A model generated the notes under the pieces. That model was given only the letters and a program-made list of their open reading frames with translations, ran no database searches and had not been told where the DNA came from. DNA of 64,000 nt from a virus: the IMG/VR virus record IMGVR_UViG_3300025030_000076, positions 1 to 64,000 of that record; one strand, 5' to 3'. The stretch's first letter is position 1, and the number at the start of each line of letters is the position of its first letter. Made by a program: the position numbers and the translations under genes. Positions 48,328-57,983 of this stretch are shown piece by piece.

Positions 48328-48451
48328 GCCCAACACGGCGTGCAGCGGACGACTGATGACGTCCGCGAAAATGTTGGTGTTTCTGAAAATGGTGAACTGC
48401 ATTCAGTAATGCGTGGAACAACCCGCCGCCGCTAACGCAAGTCCGTTGGGC
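48328..48451 (+). repeat. attC site 14 (overlapped by ORF 48214-48435)
   Basis: GCCCAAC..gcgtgcagcggac..gccgctaacgc..GTTGGGC. Confidence 0.82.
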
Positions 48452-48457
48452 TCCAAT

Positions 48458-48480
48458 AGCCCCCACTTAGGGGGCTTTGT
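48458..48480 (+). terminator. Terminator closing the cassette array
   Basis: AGCCCCC-actta-GGGGGCT-TTGT. Confidence 0.7.
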
Positions 48481-48555
48481 GTTATAATCAGAACGAATGT
48501 GCTCCCGCGTGATGGAACACCGGGAGCGTGATCTCAGCACAACGGAGGTGCTTCG

Positions 48556-49044
48556 ATGGAAGAGATTTTAACACGCTTTTGTCCAAGGTGCGGGGTAGAG
48601 CATAAATTATCGGAATTCAAAAGAGAACCCAAGCCAGGTAGATACCCAGGGTCATGCGTTTACAGCGGACGAGATGCGCGTATTTCTAAACCACCTAAAA
48701 CAAAAACAACAAAACCGCCTCCCGTTTATCTAGACGCCAGTTATCTTCCAAAAAAGAGGGTGGTAGGGTTATTTCCGCGTATTCAGACAATATTTTCCCA
48801 TTCTTACCGCGCTCGCGCCAACGGCAACAATGGGAAAATCATATATCAGGAATGGGAGGATCTGAAAGAAAAATATAACAATACCTGTCTGTGTTGTGGC
48901 AGACGATCTCCTGAAGTCGAAATAACTCTTGACCACGTACTCCCCTTGAGTATGGGGGGTAGGAATACTATTGAGAACGCCCAGCCGCTTTGTCTTTCTT
49001 GTAACTGCAAGAAAAGCACGAAATACATTGATTATCGCCCCTAA
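48556..49044 (+). CDS. HNH endonuclease (McrA-like)
   Basis: CLCC..TLDHVLPLSMGG.N..N.QPLCLSCNCKK. Confidence 0.9.
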   Translation: MEEILTRFCPRCGVEHKLSEFKREPKPGRYPGSCVYSGRDARISKPPKTKTTKPPPVYLDASYLPKKRVVGLFPRIQTIFSHSYRARANGNNGKIIYQEWEDLKEKYNNTCLCCGRRSPEVEITLDHVLPLSMGGRNTIENAQPLCLSCNCKKSTKYIDYRP

Positions 49045-49071
49045 ATCTAATTCGATGCCTATTGAATTAGA

Positions 49072-49100
49072 TTGACACGCGTAGCCGAAAGTGCTACACT
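49072..49100 (+). promoter_or_regulatory. Sigma70 promoter
   Basis: TTGACA-17-TACACT. Confidence 0.65.
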
Positions 49101-49274
49101 TTAGGAGGTAGTGGCCTCTTCCTTTAGACCGCCGCCACCCGAATACAGCAGAGAAACCCTGCCCGACAGGAAACTAAAAGAGAAATCGCCGCCAGCGTCG
49201 CCCTTTGCTAGTTTCTGCAACCCCCGCTTCCATTTCCCAAGTCGAAGCGGGAGTGTTGTTTTTATGGGGGAGTG

Positions 49275-49817
49275 CTATCTTACAAACACCTGCACCCAGC
49301 CCAGCACGTTCGTCGGATCTGTCACCCAGGTCGGCGTTACCCACTTGATCTCGAAATAATCCCCGGCCACTACCGCAATAGAGAGCGCCGTGTTTTGCAC
49401 GTGGAACGGCGACGCGTTCAAAGCCACGGCGCTTGAGATGGTTGTATCGGTCGTATTATTCAGGCGGAATGAGATTGTGCTTGTCTCACTCGTCCCGGTC
49501 GTGGCAACCAAAAAAACATCAGCGGCGACTACCGTCCCGGCGCGCATGACGTAAAGCCGCTGTATGGCTGCGGTTGTCCCAAGCGCTACATGCGGGAACG
49601 CGCCGAAGTAATAAGTCGTTGCATCAGCAGGATTGACGGAGGCGAAGCCCGCCGGGATTGCATAGCATCCCGCAACGGTGCGAGTATAGGTGGCGATGGA
49701 GGACACGAGCGCGACTTGGTTGCCCGAAATAGGGAATACTTCCGTTCCAACCAGCGTTGTCTTTTCGCCTGAGGGCGCGCCTGTGGTTGTGTTGGTGCTT
49801 ATATATCTGTTTGTCAT
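49275..49817 (-). CDS. Minor tail/fibre-type protein
   Basis: Thr/Ala/Val beta-rich, last gene of the tail operon. Confidence 0.6.
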   Translation of the reverse strand: MTNRYISTNTTTGAPSGEKTTLVGTEVFPISGNQVALVSSIATYTRTVAGCYAIPAGFASVNPADATTYYFGAFPHVALGTTAAIQRLYVMRAGTVVAADVFLVATTGTSETSTISFRLNNTTDTTISSAVALNASPFHVQNTALSIAVVAGDYFEIKWVTPTWVTDPTNVLGWVQVFVR

Positions 49818-49825
49818 GTAATCTC

Positions 49826-50047
49826 CTATGACCAGTTGATATGATCGCCGCTGTCATAGACGATAAAATCATCATTATCCCAAAGCAACTCAGCGCCCAG
49901 CACCGCCACTTCCGCCGGTCTGCCGTTGGACCAGCCCCCGGCCACGATGCGGGATACCGGCTCAAAGGTGAGCGGCGCGGAGAGATTGGTAATCATCTCG
50001 CCTATGGCGTGGAAGCCGATCCCGTCAAAGCCGATCATTTCAGCCAC
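49826..50047 (-). CDS. Small tail-module protein
   Basis: Overlaps upstream gene. Confidence 0.5.
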   Translation of the reverse strand: MAEMIGFDGIGFHAIGEMITNLSAPLTFEPVSRIVAGGWSNGRPAEVAVLGAELLWDNDDFIVYDSGDHINWS

Positions 50048-50757
50048 GCCTCTATCTGCACGTCATTGATAATCGTGTTCGCGTTCGCGCCCAAGTGGTT
50101 GTCGAATTGAAAACTAACCGCCTGCGTTGTTGTAACGTTGAACAGGAACGGGCCAAGAAAAATTGTATCTGCCAGGATGCCCATCGCGGTCGTGTATCCT
50201 TTGCGGGTTCCCTGCCCGTATTGGTTGCACTCGACATGGACATAACCATTGAAAGCCGACGCCGCGTCGAATGTGACGTGCATGGAGATACTCGCCCAGC
50301 ATGGATAATTAATCGTGATTACGTCGCTTGCCAGCGTTGCTAGGCCGTGTTCGTCTGTCCACTCGGTATCTACATCCAGCAGCGCATTATCCACTGTATC
50401 ATTGACCACCAATGTCGATCCGTAATAGGCTGCAAAGACCGGCAAGTCCTTTCTGCTAGGACAAATGTAAACTTCGGATAATCCCGTCAATACAATCTTT
50501 GCCCCGGCATTTGTTGATGATTCTACCGTTGTGCGTGCCACTGTATTTGTTGCAGTGTTATATGCCCCCAAACTTATCTCGGAGTGTGTCGGGCGGTTGG
50601 ATGTTGTCGAGTAGGTGATGATCCCAAAGCGCACGACTTCGCCGTTTGTGATCCCAGCCAGTTCCCAGGTATTGCAGCCGGGAACCGCGCCGGTAAGGAC
50701 ACAGTCGCTTGTGCCTGTGGTAGTTGAGTATTCTCTAGCTAAGTTTCTATATGGCAT
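50035..50757 (-). CDS. Minor tail protein
   Basis: STTTGTSD..L.GAV.G..RTTVESSTNAG motif. Confidence 0.6.
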   Translation of the reverse strand: MPYRNLAREYSTTTGTSDCVLTGAVPGCNTWELAGITNGEVVRFGIITYSTTSNRPTHSEISLGAYNTATNTVARTTVESSTNAGAKIVLTGLSEVYICPSRKDLPVFAAYYGSTLVVNDTVDNALLDVDTEWTDEHGLATLASDVITINYPCWASISMHVTFDAASAFNGYVHVECNQYGQGTRKGYTTAMGILADTIFLGPFLFNVTTTQAVSFQFDNHLGANANTIINDVQIEAWLK

Positions 50758-50788
50758 AAGTTCTCCATGAGTTTTCTAAACGGGTGGG

Positions 50789-51628
50789 TTATCTGGTATC
50801 CAGCCGCACGATTGCAAGCGAGCTTGTCAGGTCAACCGAGCCGTCGGCATTTCTAAAATTAACTGTCAGTGATGTCGTATGACTTGCTGTTTTATGGATA
50901 ATGATCGTCCTGAATTCAGGCAAGAAATCTGTGCCTGATCTGACAAAATGAAAGCGCGGATTACTGACACCGCCACTATCCAATTGTGTGGCAAAGTGCA
51001 TGTATAGATCATTTGTGGCGGTTGGTGGCGTGTTCCATGCTGTTGTAGCTTCTGTTCTATAAGTAATTGCATAAGTTCCTGGTACGGCCAGTGTGACCGT
51101 GCTGCCGGAAGTCCAACTCATCGAAGTCCCGGATTGGAATTGAATTGCGCTCCAGCTAATCGCCTGGTTGAATGAATTCAGGGTCTGGGATGCAGCCGAT
51201 AAAACCAGTGTATCTTTTGCTACTGCGGTTCCCATTGCCCCGGCCAGTTCCCCGGTATTGGTAAATCCATATTGCAACACGCCGTTTTCGTCCATCACGA
51301 CGAACGGGTAGGTATTGCCGTCTGAGAGCGTGAAGCCGAGCGACGAGAAACTCACGCCGGGAGGCGGTATCAGCGTCCCGTATTCGGTCTGTGTCCAGCC
51401 CTCTACTCCCATATAGATGACGTTGCCCACCCAGCCGACCTGCTGGGACAAATCCGAGAGTTGGTTCACCTGGACAATCGCCGCTTCCAATTCCGCGACC
51501 CTCTGTTCCAAGTCCTTGATACGGTTAAGGGCGTTGCCCGTGTAACCGACTAAATCAGATGGCGAGATGGCGCAGACGCCCGTATCTGTGGAAGAACCGC
51601 CGCCGCCGCTCTCATTCACGATTGCCAT
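50789..51628 (-). CDS. Tail tip/receptor-binding protein
   Basis: Coiled coil then C1q/TNF-like beta domain. Confidence 0.6.
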   Translation of the reverse strand: MAIVNESGGGGSSTDTGVCAISPSDLVGYTGNALNRIKDLEQRVAELEAAIVQVNQLSDLSQQVGWVGNVIYMGVEGWTQTEYGTLIPPPGVSFSSLGFTLSDGNTYPFVVMDENGVLQYGFTNTGELAGAMGTAVAKDTLVLSAASQTLNSFNQAISWSAIQFQSGTSMSWTSGSTVTLAVPGTYAITYRTEATTAWNTPPTATNDLYMHFATQLDSGGVSNPRFHFVRSGTDFLPEFRTIIIHKTASHTTSLTVNFRNADGSVDLTSSLAIVRLDTR

Positions 51629-52692
51629 TAGATGATCTCCAAATTAAGCGGTGCTTTGCCTATTGTCAGGTCGTTGTAATCCAGTGATAATATCCGCGCG
51701 GCTGCGCTAAACCCGAAGCCCCCGCCGGGCTTGAAACCAACTGTATTATCTCGCACGGTGATGGTATTGCCCGCCGCCAAACTGTCAAAAGTCTTGCCAA
51801 TATCCAGCGCGACGCGATGAAGTTTCATGCGCGGCGGCGAGTTATCCGCCGCTGTCTGCGCGGCGTTGGTAAGGGATGTTTGATCCGTGATGCCGGAGAA
51901 AACGATATTGGTCGCCAGCACCCCATATTTATCCACTGATGCCTGATTGACCCCCTTTGCGAAATAACGGCTCTCTTTCGTGGATGCCTGGGAATATCCG
52001 TAGATGACGTTATATGGTGTTCCCTGTTCCGTCAGGAGAGGCCCGCTGCCCTCGACATTGTCTCTTGTCAGTTCCAGGCGCGTGACCGCGCCCTTGCGCC
52101 TGTACAGGTTGGCGTATAGTTGCAGATTGCCGCGCCCATCTATCTGCCCGGTCACGTCCCAATCCATGCCGGAATTGGCACATAATTTTTTGATGTGGTC
52201 ATAGGCGGACGTGGCGAGGCTATCCCCGAACGTTTCGGGGATGTCCTCAATAACTCCCGGCTGAATGACAATATCGTCTGTAATCGTGTGTGCCATGTCC
52301 AGCATCTGCTTGAACATGCTCCCTGGTGTGCCGCTTATCTTGGTCAGCGGCATGGGGCGAAAGGTTAATATCGCTTCCGCGCTGTATGCGGTTGCGTTCA
52401 GAATCTTGTCAGGCCAATTCCTATCAGGCAGGATGATACCCGTCCAGTCCGGTAATTTCCCGTTTGCTGTTCCCGCCGCGTCCTTGGACGGGATATGTTC
52501 CACGAATACAAGGTTACCGTATTGCATGACCGTTTCTTCTTTTGGCGTGAACTTGTCCTTGAGATATGGCAAGCCTACGGAAAACTCCGCCTTGCCGAAG
52601 CTGTTCAGGAGCCATGAGCGTGGCGTCGTTGGTGCTTCTAGAAAACACAAAGGTTTGGAAAAATGGTCGAATATTCTCAAATTGCTAGGCAT
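51628..52692 (-). CDS. Tail hub (Tal-like) protein
   Basis: Follows distal tail protein; SVDKYG motif. Confidence 0.65.
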   Translation of the reverse strand: MPSNLRIFDHFSKPLCFLEAPTTPRSWLLNSFGKAEFSVGLPYLKDKFTPKEETVMQYGNLVFVEHIPSKDAAGTANGKLPDWTGIILPDRNWPDKILNATAYSAEAILTFRPMPLTKISGTPGSMFKQMLDMAHTITDDIVIQPGVIEDIPETFGDSLATSAYDHIKKLCANSGMDWDVTGQIDGRGNLQLYANLYRRKGAVTRLELTRDNVEGSGPLLTEQGTPYNVIYGYSQASTKESRYFAKGVNQASVDKYGVLATNIVFSGITDQTSLTNAAQTAADNSPPRMKLHRVALDIGKTFDSLAAGNTITVRDNTVGFKPGGGFGFSAAARILSLDYNDLTIGKAPLNLEII

Positions 52693-52708
52693 GTGTTAAA
52701 ATTTATCC

Positions 52709-52978
52709 ATGAAAAAGACATTGCACGGTAAAAGATACTTGCGCTCCAGGGCCAGCGTTCAATTTGGTAGGCGCAAAAAAGCAGAACAAAAATTCGAGCG
52801 GCTCATATTCTTTCTTAACCAAATCCCAAAAATGGTAGAGGTTATTAGCGAAGGGCTTGTAGAACTTTCCAACGCTATACAAGAAGTCATGGAAAAAGTG
52901 CGAGTAATTTACATTGATAAACTTCATAACATCTATGATCCTACAGGGTTCTATCGCGATGAATCACATGCACGGTAA
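52709..52978 (+). CDS. Hypothetical AT-rich opposite-strand insert
   Basis: Interrupts tail operon between Dit and hub. Confidence 0.45.
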   Translation: MKKTLHGKRYLRSRASVQFGRRKKAEQKFERLIFFLNQIPKMVEVISEGLVELSNAIQEVMEKVRVIYIDKLHNIYDPTGFYRDESHAR

Positions 52979-54857
52979 CGGCGTTGCTGCCCACATCGTC
53001 GTATTGCAGGGTACTCGCGCCGGGAGATAAATCCAGCCATTCGGCGCGGTCGGTGGATAGCGTCACATTGACCCGCGAGCCGTCTGAGAGATACGCATCC
53101 TTAACTTCGCAGTCAATTGTCACCGTCTCATTCAGGAAGCAAGGCACGGCGCACTTAATATATTCCGTGCTTGTATTGTTGGTGATCGTAGCATCGAAGT
53201 AATACGCCGCCGCCTCAGCCCCTACCGCAATGGTTGGCAGGTTGGAACTCGAAAAGGTGACGGTTACCGTGTCGAATTGAGCCAGTGCCATCTCGCTGAT
53301 GGCAGATGACAGCAGGCCATCGATTACAAAGCGGATCGCGGAGGGGTAGGGAGATGCAAGGTTGGCAGTCGTGGGGCCAAAACTCTGCCAGGAATAAGTA
53401 ACGGTCGGTTCGGCCTGGTTGTCAGCCGTGAACCATACGGCATTTGTCTGGAGATATTGAAGCCCTACAATGGCAGGCCACGAGCCACTCATATACTTAT
53501 CACCCGAAAACAAAACAGTCGTGATCGTGGCGGGGTGGGAGAATATCCAATCCAGCGTACCTGTCTCATTCTGTACCTGGAAGTCCGCACTCCCTATCAA
53601 TGCCAGCCCCAGGGATGTGGACGGGTCAGCAAATGTATTATCCGGCGCGGTATAGACGTATGACAGGCCTGTTCGGGATGATAATACCTCCCCTTTCCAC
53701 ATGCCCGTGCGTGCGCCGGTTGCCTGAAAATAGTTAGTAAGCACCCATGCCCCGTTTGTGGACGCGAGTGAGCACATCGGCTTGTTATCATTGTCCACAT
53801 CCGGGGCGGTCAATGTGCTATCCCCGTAGAGTATCCAGATGTCATGCTCGATCCAGCGTACAGTTTTCGGCGCGGTGTGCGCCGCGATGGTCGTATCTTT
53901 TTTGGTACGTGTTACACCTGTCAATTGATAGGTTACCAGATTGGCGCCTGTAAATGTAAATGCCTCCGAATCGATCAGCACGACCTTGTTGACCGCCGCT
54001 GCCATCGCGTGTAGAAATTCCAGGTTAGCTTTTGTTTTTGATAGCGTGATGGTCGTGATCGCCCCGCTGCCCGCTATGCTGGTATTCGTCGTCCCTTCAC
54101 GGCGCGGCCCCAGGTTTAGATTGACCCAACATTTCGTCGTTGCCGTATCCATGTCCTGAAGCCATCTATCTACAAAGACCCCATCCACAAGCACCAGGAA
54201 ATCATCCCCGTCTGCCTGCATCTTGGCAGTGGTGAGTGTCGCCGTATCCAGCCCGCCATTAGTAATGTCCAGCGGCGCAATATAGGATATATCCATATTG
54301 TTATAAATCGGTATCCAGCGCCGATAACTCAGCCCGCCCGTTTTCGCGCTGGTGGGGGTCAGGGTCAGCTTCGGCCCGATCTTGCGGTTACCTGCGTTGG
54401 TGATCGCCTGCGTCTGCCCGGATGCCGTTACACTCCAACTGGTATCGGTCGCCGTGACAAGTTTCCAGTATGGATACTCGATCTGGAATAAGACCATGAA
54501 GGAATTTTTATTCGTTCCCTCATTTCGGACGTCGCGTACAAAGCCGGTCACGTACCACTGCGTTCCGCTTGCTCCATTCTCCGCAATCAGATTATGACGC
54601 TGCCCGTCCTCAAAATTGAAATACTGCTTGAGTAGTTCCCGATTGGTGTCAATATCCTGTCCCGCTGCAATCCTCACCCGGATTATAAGAGACTGCGGAT
54701 CTGCTACGATCCCCGATACATAGGGATAGTTATCTGCGCGCGGAACGGTAACGACGTTGCCGTGTATATTGACCTTTGAGCCGGGTGGGAAATCGGAATA
54801 GAACGGCGAGCCGTTGTTGATGCTAATCCCGTTCCACGTCAATAGAAGCAGATTCAT
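52941..54857 (-). CDS. Distal tail (evolved Dit-like) protein
   Basis: Directly after tape measure; PYW, ITNAGN..P, WLDLSPG motifs with a large insertion; homologue begins at window position 51. Confidence 0.75.
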   Translation of the reverse strand: MNLLLLTWNGISINNGSPFYSDFPPGSKVNIHGNVVTVPRADNYPYVSGIVADPQSLIIRVRIAAGQDIDTNRELLKQYFNFEDGQRHNLIAENGASGTQWYVTGFVRDVRNEGTNKNSFMVLFQIEYPYWKLVTATDTSWSVTASGQTQAITNAGNRKIGPKLTLTPTSAKTGGLSYRRWIPIYNNMDISYIAPLDITNGGLDTATLTTAKMQADGDDFLVLVDGVFVDRWLQDMDTATTKCWVNLNLGPRREGTTNTSIAGSGAITTITLSKTKANLEFLHAMAAAVNKVVLIDSEAFTFTGANLVTYQLTGVTRTKKDTTIAAHTAPKTVRWIEHDIWILYGDSTLTAPDVDNDNKPMCSLASTNGAWVLTNYFQATGARTGMWKGEVLSSRTGLSYVYTAPDNTFADPSTSLGLALIGSADFQVQNETGTLDWIFSHPATITTVLFSGDKYMSGSWPAIVGLQYLQTNAVWFTADNQAEPTVTYSWQSFGPTTANLASPYPSAIRFVIDGLLSSAISEMALAQFDTVTVTFSSSNLPTIAVGAEAAAYYFDATITNNTSTEYIKCAVPCFLNETVTIDCEVKDAYLSDGSRVNVTLSTDRAEWLDLSPGASTLQYDDVGSNAVTVHVIHRDRTL

Positions 54858-57043
54858 ACGCCGCCGCCTAATTGCCCGCTGGTCGCTGCGATGAACGGGT
54901 TGGGATAAATGCAGTCATAAGCAATTTCTCCCCACGAGCCGACGTTGATCGTCGCGCCCGCGAAGTATTGATTGACGACCGTTCCCGTTCCGCTGCCAGT
55001 CCCGCTGCCAGTCCCGCTGCCTGTCCCACCACCAATCGGGATGGGTGTGGGATTGGTCAAGCTGCTGATGTCGATACCAAGCAGGTTCAATATCGGCTCG
55101 AAGGGGGCTAGTAATAATGCAACGATGTTTTGAATTGTATTTATCAACCAGGCCGTTGCAGCGGTAAGACCAGCCACCAATCCCGCAACGATGTTGACGC
55201 CAATTTCCATAAAGACGGTTGATGGACTGGAAATGCCTAGCCATTTCTTTATAGGGTCGATGATTTTCTCATGTACCCATTTGTCAGCATCCCAAGACCA
55301 ATCGAAATCCACAGCCTTTTGCCAACCTTGAGAGATAGCTTCTCCTATTTGTCGCCAATCATCAGTGCCAACAATAAAATCCACTATTTCTACAAAGAGA
55401 AAGGTGAGCATATCCATGAAACCTGTCGCGATTTCTCCAAGAGTGTCTAATGAAGCAAGAACGACATAACTCCACATGTCTGCAAAGCCGATACCGATTG
55501 CTGCCCAGTCAGCATTAGCAATCATATTTGGAATACTTAATACAAGATAGCTCCACATATCGGCAAAGCCAATACCGATTGCAGTCCAATTTTCCTGGCT
55601 TGTAACTTGATCTAACATTCTTTGCCAGAAAACCTTCCAACTAGGAAAGAAATCTGCCAATCCCATAGCACCAAAGAACCAGTCGCTGATTGCCTGACCA
55701 ATAGCAGGAACGGCTTCCGATTCATTGCTCTCTATACCTGCTCCAAATGCTGCAAGTAGCGCATCTCCGAACGCATCACCAGATGCCGTCCAATCGTGAA
55801 GTTTTATCGCCTCCGCCAGCTTAACGTCAATCTCGTCCGTCAAATCAACAACCCAAGTAGCAATATCTTCTATTGGTATACTTGCGAGAACAAAGCCAAT
55901 TACACCTATAACATCACCCTCACCAAAAGCATCTTTTAAATCTAAAATATACTCAAGAACTCCAGCTAATGGACTGCCAGAACCACCTAACCTGTCTGCC
56001 GCTGTAATCAATGCGCCCCAGAGCGTATCACCATTATCAAGAGCCTGCTGAATAATTCTCAATGCTGTTCCAAGATCATAGAAGATTGGATTTACATCTT
56101 TCCACGATTGCATCGCAGCACCAAGATCATATAATTTGACTATATCGCCGCTTACCAGTTTCATAAAAATATCAACTAATTCTGCAAACCCCTCACCTGC
56201 GATTGCAGCAATTCTCCCAATATCTTCCAGGATTGGACGCAAAGTACCGCCTTCTGAGACAGCCTTACCAAACCATTTAGCAAGATCGGCAATAGCAAAA
56301 ATGACAGTTCCAAACGCCTCCTGAAATGGTTCACCAATAGCGACCATGATGTCATCGAAGTATCGGGGAAATGAGCGCAATACTTTTCCAGGCTCTTCCA
56401 TTGCAGCGGCATACGCGCCTGCAATCCCTACGCCTGCTTCCAATACCTCATTCAATGCTATCTGCTGCTTTTCGGCAGTGGTCAGGCTTTCTGTTGTTCT
56501 ATCGTTTTCATCCGCCCATTCTTTGTATGCCAATTGTAGATCAACGACAATCCCGGCATGGCGCAATACAAGCGGGTTGAGAGTTTCAATACCATATACA
56601 ATATCTTTTAGAGTCTGACTTGAATTTTGTCCTGCAATAACTGCTGCATCCTGAGCAATACGAGCAATGTCAGTAGCATACGCTAAATCGAGTTCTGCAC
56701 CAATAAACGCCGCGATTGTTGTTTCGGCAATTCCCGCTTCGATACCCATACTGCGAATTGATGTCGCTATCTTTTCAAGATATAACGCCGGAATTCCAGC
56801 AGTTTCTCCTAAAACCTGATTGACTACTCTAAGTTCATCTACGCGTGCGGCGGTAAGGATGGCTTCCTGTCCAAACGCAATAACCGGCGTAAGCACAGCA
56901 TCAATTGCACCGGCAGCCAAGTCAAGAGCCGATTTGATACCAGTGACGATATTTCCGAAGTCGCCGAATGATCCAACTATTCCCCCCATAACTCCCGAAA
57001 ATTCGTCCTTCCCCGTTATCACTATCTCTACTTCGGCAGCCAT
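54854..57043 (-). CDS. Tape measure protein (copy B)
   Basis: 729 aa; shares termini with 48-2045. Confidence 0.9.
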   Translation of the reverse strand: MAAEVEIVITGKDEFSGVMGGIVGSFGDFGNIVTGIKSALDLAAGAIDAVLTPVIAFGQEAILTAARVDELRVVNQVLGETAGIPALYLEKIATSIRSMGIEAGIAETTIAAFIGAELDLAYATDIARIAQDAAVIAGQNSSQTLKDIVYGIETLNPLVLRHAGIVVDLQLAYKEWADENDRTTESLTTAEKQQIALNEVLEAGVGIAGAYAAAMEEPGKVLRSFPRYFDDIMVAIGEPFQEAFGTVIFAIADLAKWFGKAVSEGGTLRPILEDIGRIAAIAGEGFAELVDIFMKLVSGDIVKLYDLGAAMQSWKDVNPIFYDLGTALRIIQQALDNGDTLWGALITAADRLGGSGSPLAGVLEYILDLKDAFGEGDVIGVIGFVLASIPIEDIATWVVDLTDEIDVKLAEAIKLHDWTASGDAFGDALLAAFGAGIESNESEAVPAIGQAISDWFFGAMGLADFFPSWKVFWQRMLDQVTSQENWTAIGIGFADMWSYLVLSIPNMIANADWAAIGIGFADMWSYVVLASLDTLGEIATGFMDMLTFLFVEIVDFIVGTDDWRQIGEAISQGWQKAVDFDWSWDADKWVHEKIIDPIKKWLGISSPSTVFMEIGVNIVAGLVAGLTAATAWLINTIQNIVALLLAPFEPILNLLGIDISSLTNPTPIPIGGGTGSGTGSGTGSGTGTVVNQYFAGATINVGSWGEIAYDCIYPNPFIAATSGQLGGGV

Positions 57044-57160
57044 GTGATATAATCCTTGTAAATCAATTCGTCTGGGCTAGCAGGCGTTTCCATGTTAAAA
57101 TCCATATACCTTTCGTGTCGCGCTAGCCCGCGATGCGAGAGGTATTTTGTTTGGAGTACC

Positions 57161-57835
57161 ATGTCACTAATCGAAATTCACTGCGAACAATGTGGAAAGC
57201 ATTTTCAAGGGCGCAGCGATAGGATAATTCGCTTTTGTTCGCGCGCCTGCTGACGTAATTCCCAAATAGAAACAAGAGTGTGCGTTGTATGTAAAAAGCC
57301 TTTTCGGGTAAGGCCATCATATGAAACATCCACTTGTTCCAGAGAGTGCAAGAAGAAAAATTATTCATCCATTCACCTTACAGATAGGCTTAGAGAAATT
57401 ATTAGCCGCGTAGGAAAAGCCAACAAGGGACGCACCCGCCCTCACAAGCCACTTTTGGAAAAGATTTGCGAACAATGCAAAACGATTTACTATGTTCCAG
57501 GAAAACAAAAGGCAAGCCGCTATTGTTCTACTAAATGCTGGTACAACCACATTCGACAAGACCCTGTTAAGCACCCGAATTGGCGCGGAGGAGAATACGA
57601 TCATAACTATGGTCGAAACTGGTTTCAGCAAAAACGCTCCGCACGCAAGCGCGACAAGTACACATGCCAGAACTGTGGCATTACTGAAAGAGAATATGGT
57701 CGTCACTTGGATGTCCATCACAAAGTTCCTTTTAGAAATTTCGGTATCGAAAGATATAAAGAGGCCAACGTTCTCAAAAACCTAATTTCTCTTTGCAGAG
57801 GTTGCCATATGATTGCCGAGCGTGGCGTTTATTGA
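57161..57835 (+). pseudogene. Zn-finger HNH endonuclease with in-frame TGA at 57251-57253 (residual ORF 57278-57835)
   Basis: GGAG-ATG at 57161 is in frame with the HNH ORF; MSLIEIHCEQCGK..FCSRAC*RN; LDVHH..NLISLCRGCH. Confidence 0.7.
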
Positions 57836-57983
57836 TTCCTCATTGCATCTATCTCGCGCTGTTGCCTTGCATTCAATTCATTGATATATAAAGTGAGCCT
57901 TAATTGCCATACATACCGCCGCCAGCGCGACGGTTTTTCGCCTGTGATTTTCCAGGGTAATTGATGCAAAGCGAACGCCAACA

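Larger units (their letters stand above)
44066..48451 (+). mobile_element. Integron-like gene cassette array (~14 attC sites, no integrase in window; CALIN-like)
   Basis: Repeated RYYYAAC...GTTRRRY imperfect palindromes separating short same-strand ORFs. Confidence 0.88.

Noticed and set aside
44397-48451. CRISPR, REP or terminator repeats
   Set aside because: Units are imperfect palindromes with AAC/GTT ends separated by whole genes, fitting attC.
49275-52692. Diversity-generating retroelement targeting tail fibres
   Set aside because: No reverse transcriptase and no TR/VR pair seen.
54980-55030. 12-nt tandem repeats (also near 170-260)
   Set aside because: They encode Gly-Ser-Gly-Thr linkers in the tape measure.
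57251-57253. Stop-codon reassignment (TGA)
   Set aside because: Many genes end in TGA with ATGA overlaps; a single nonsense mutation is simpler.
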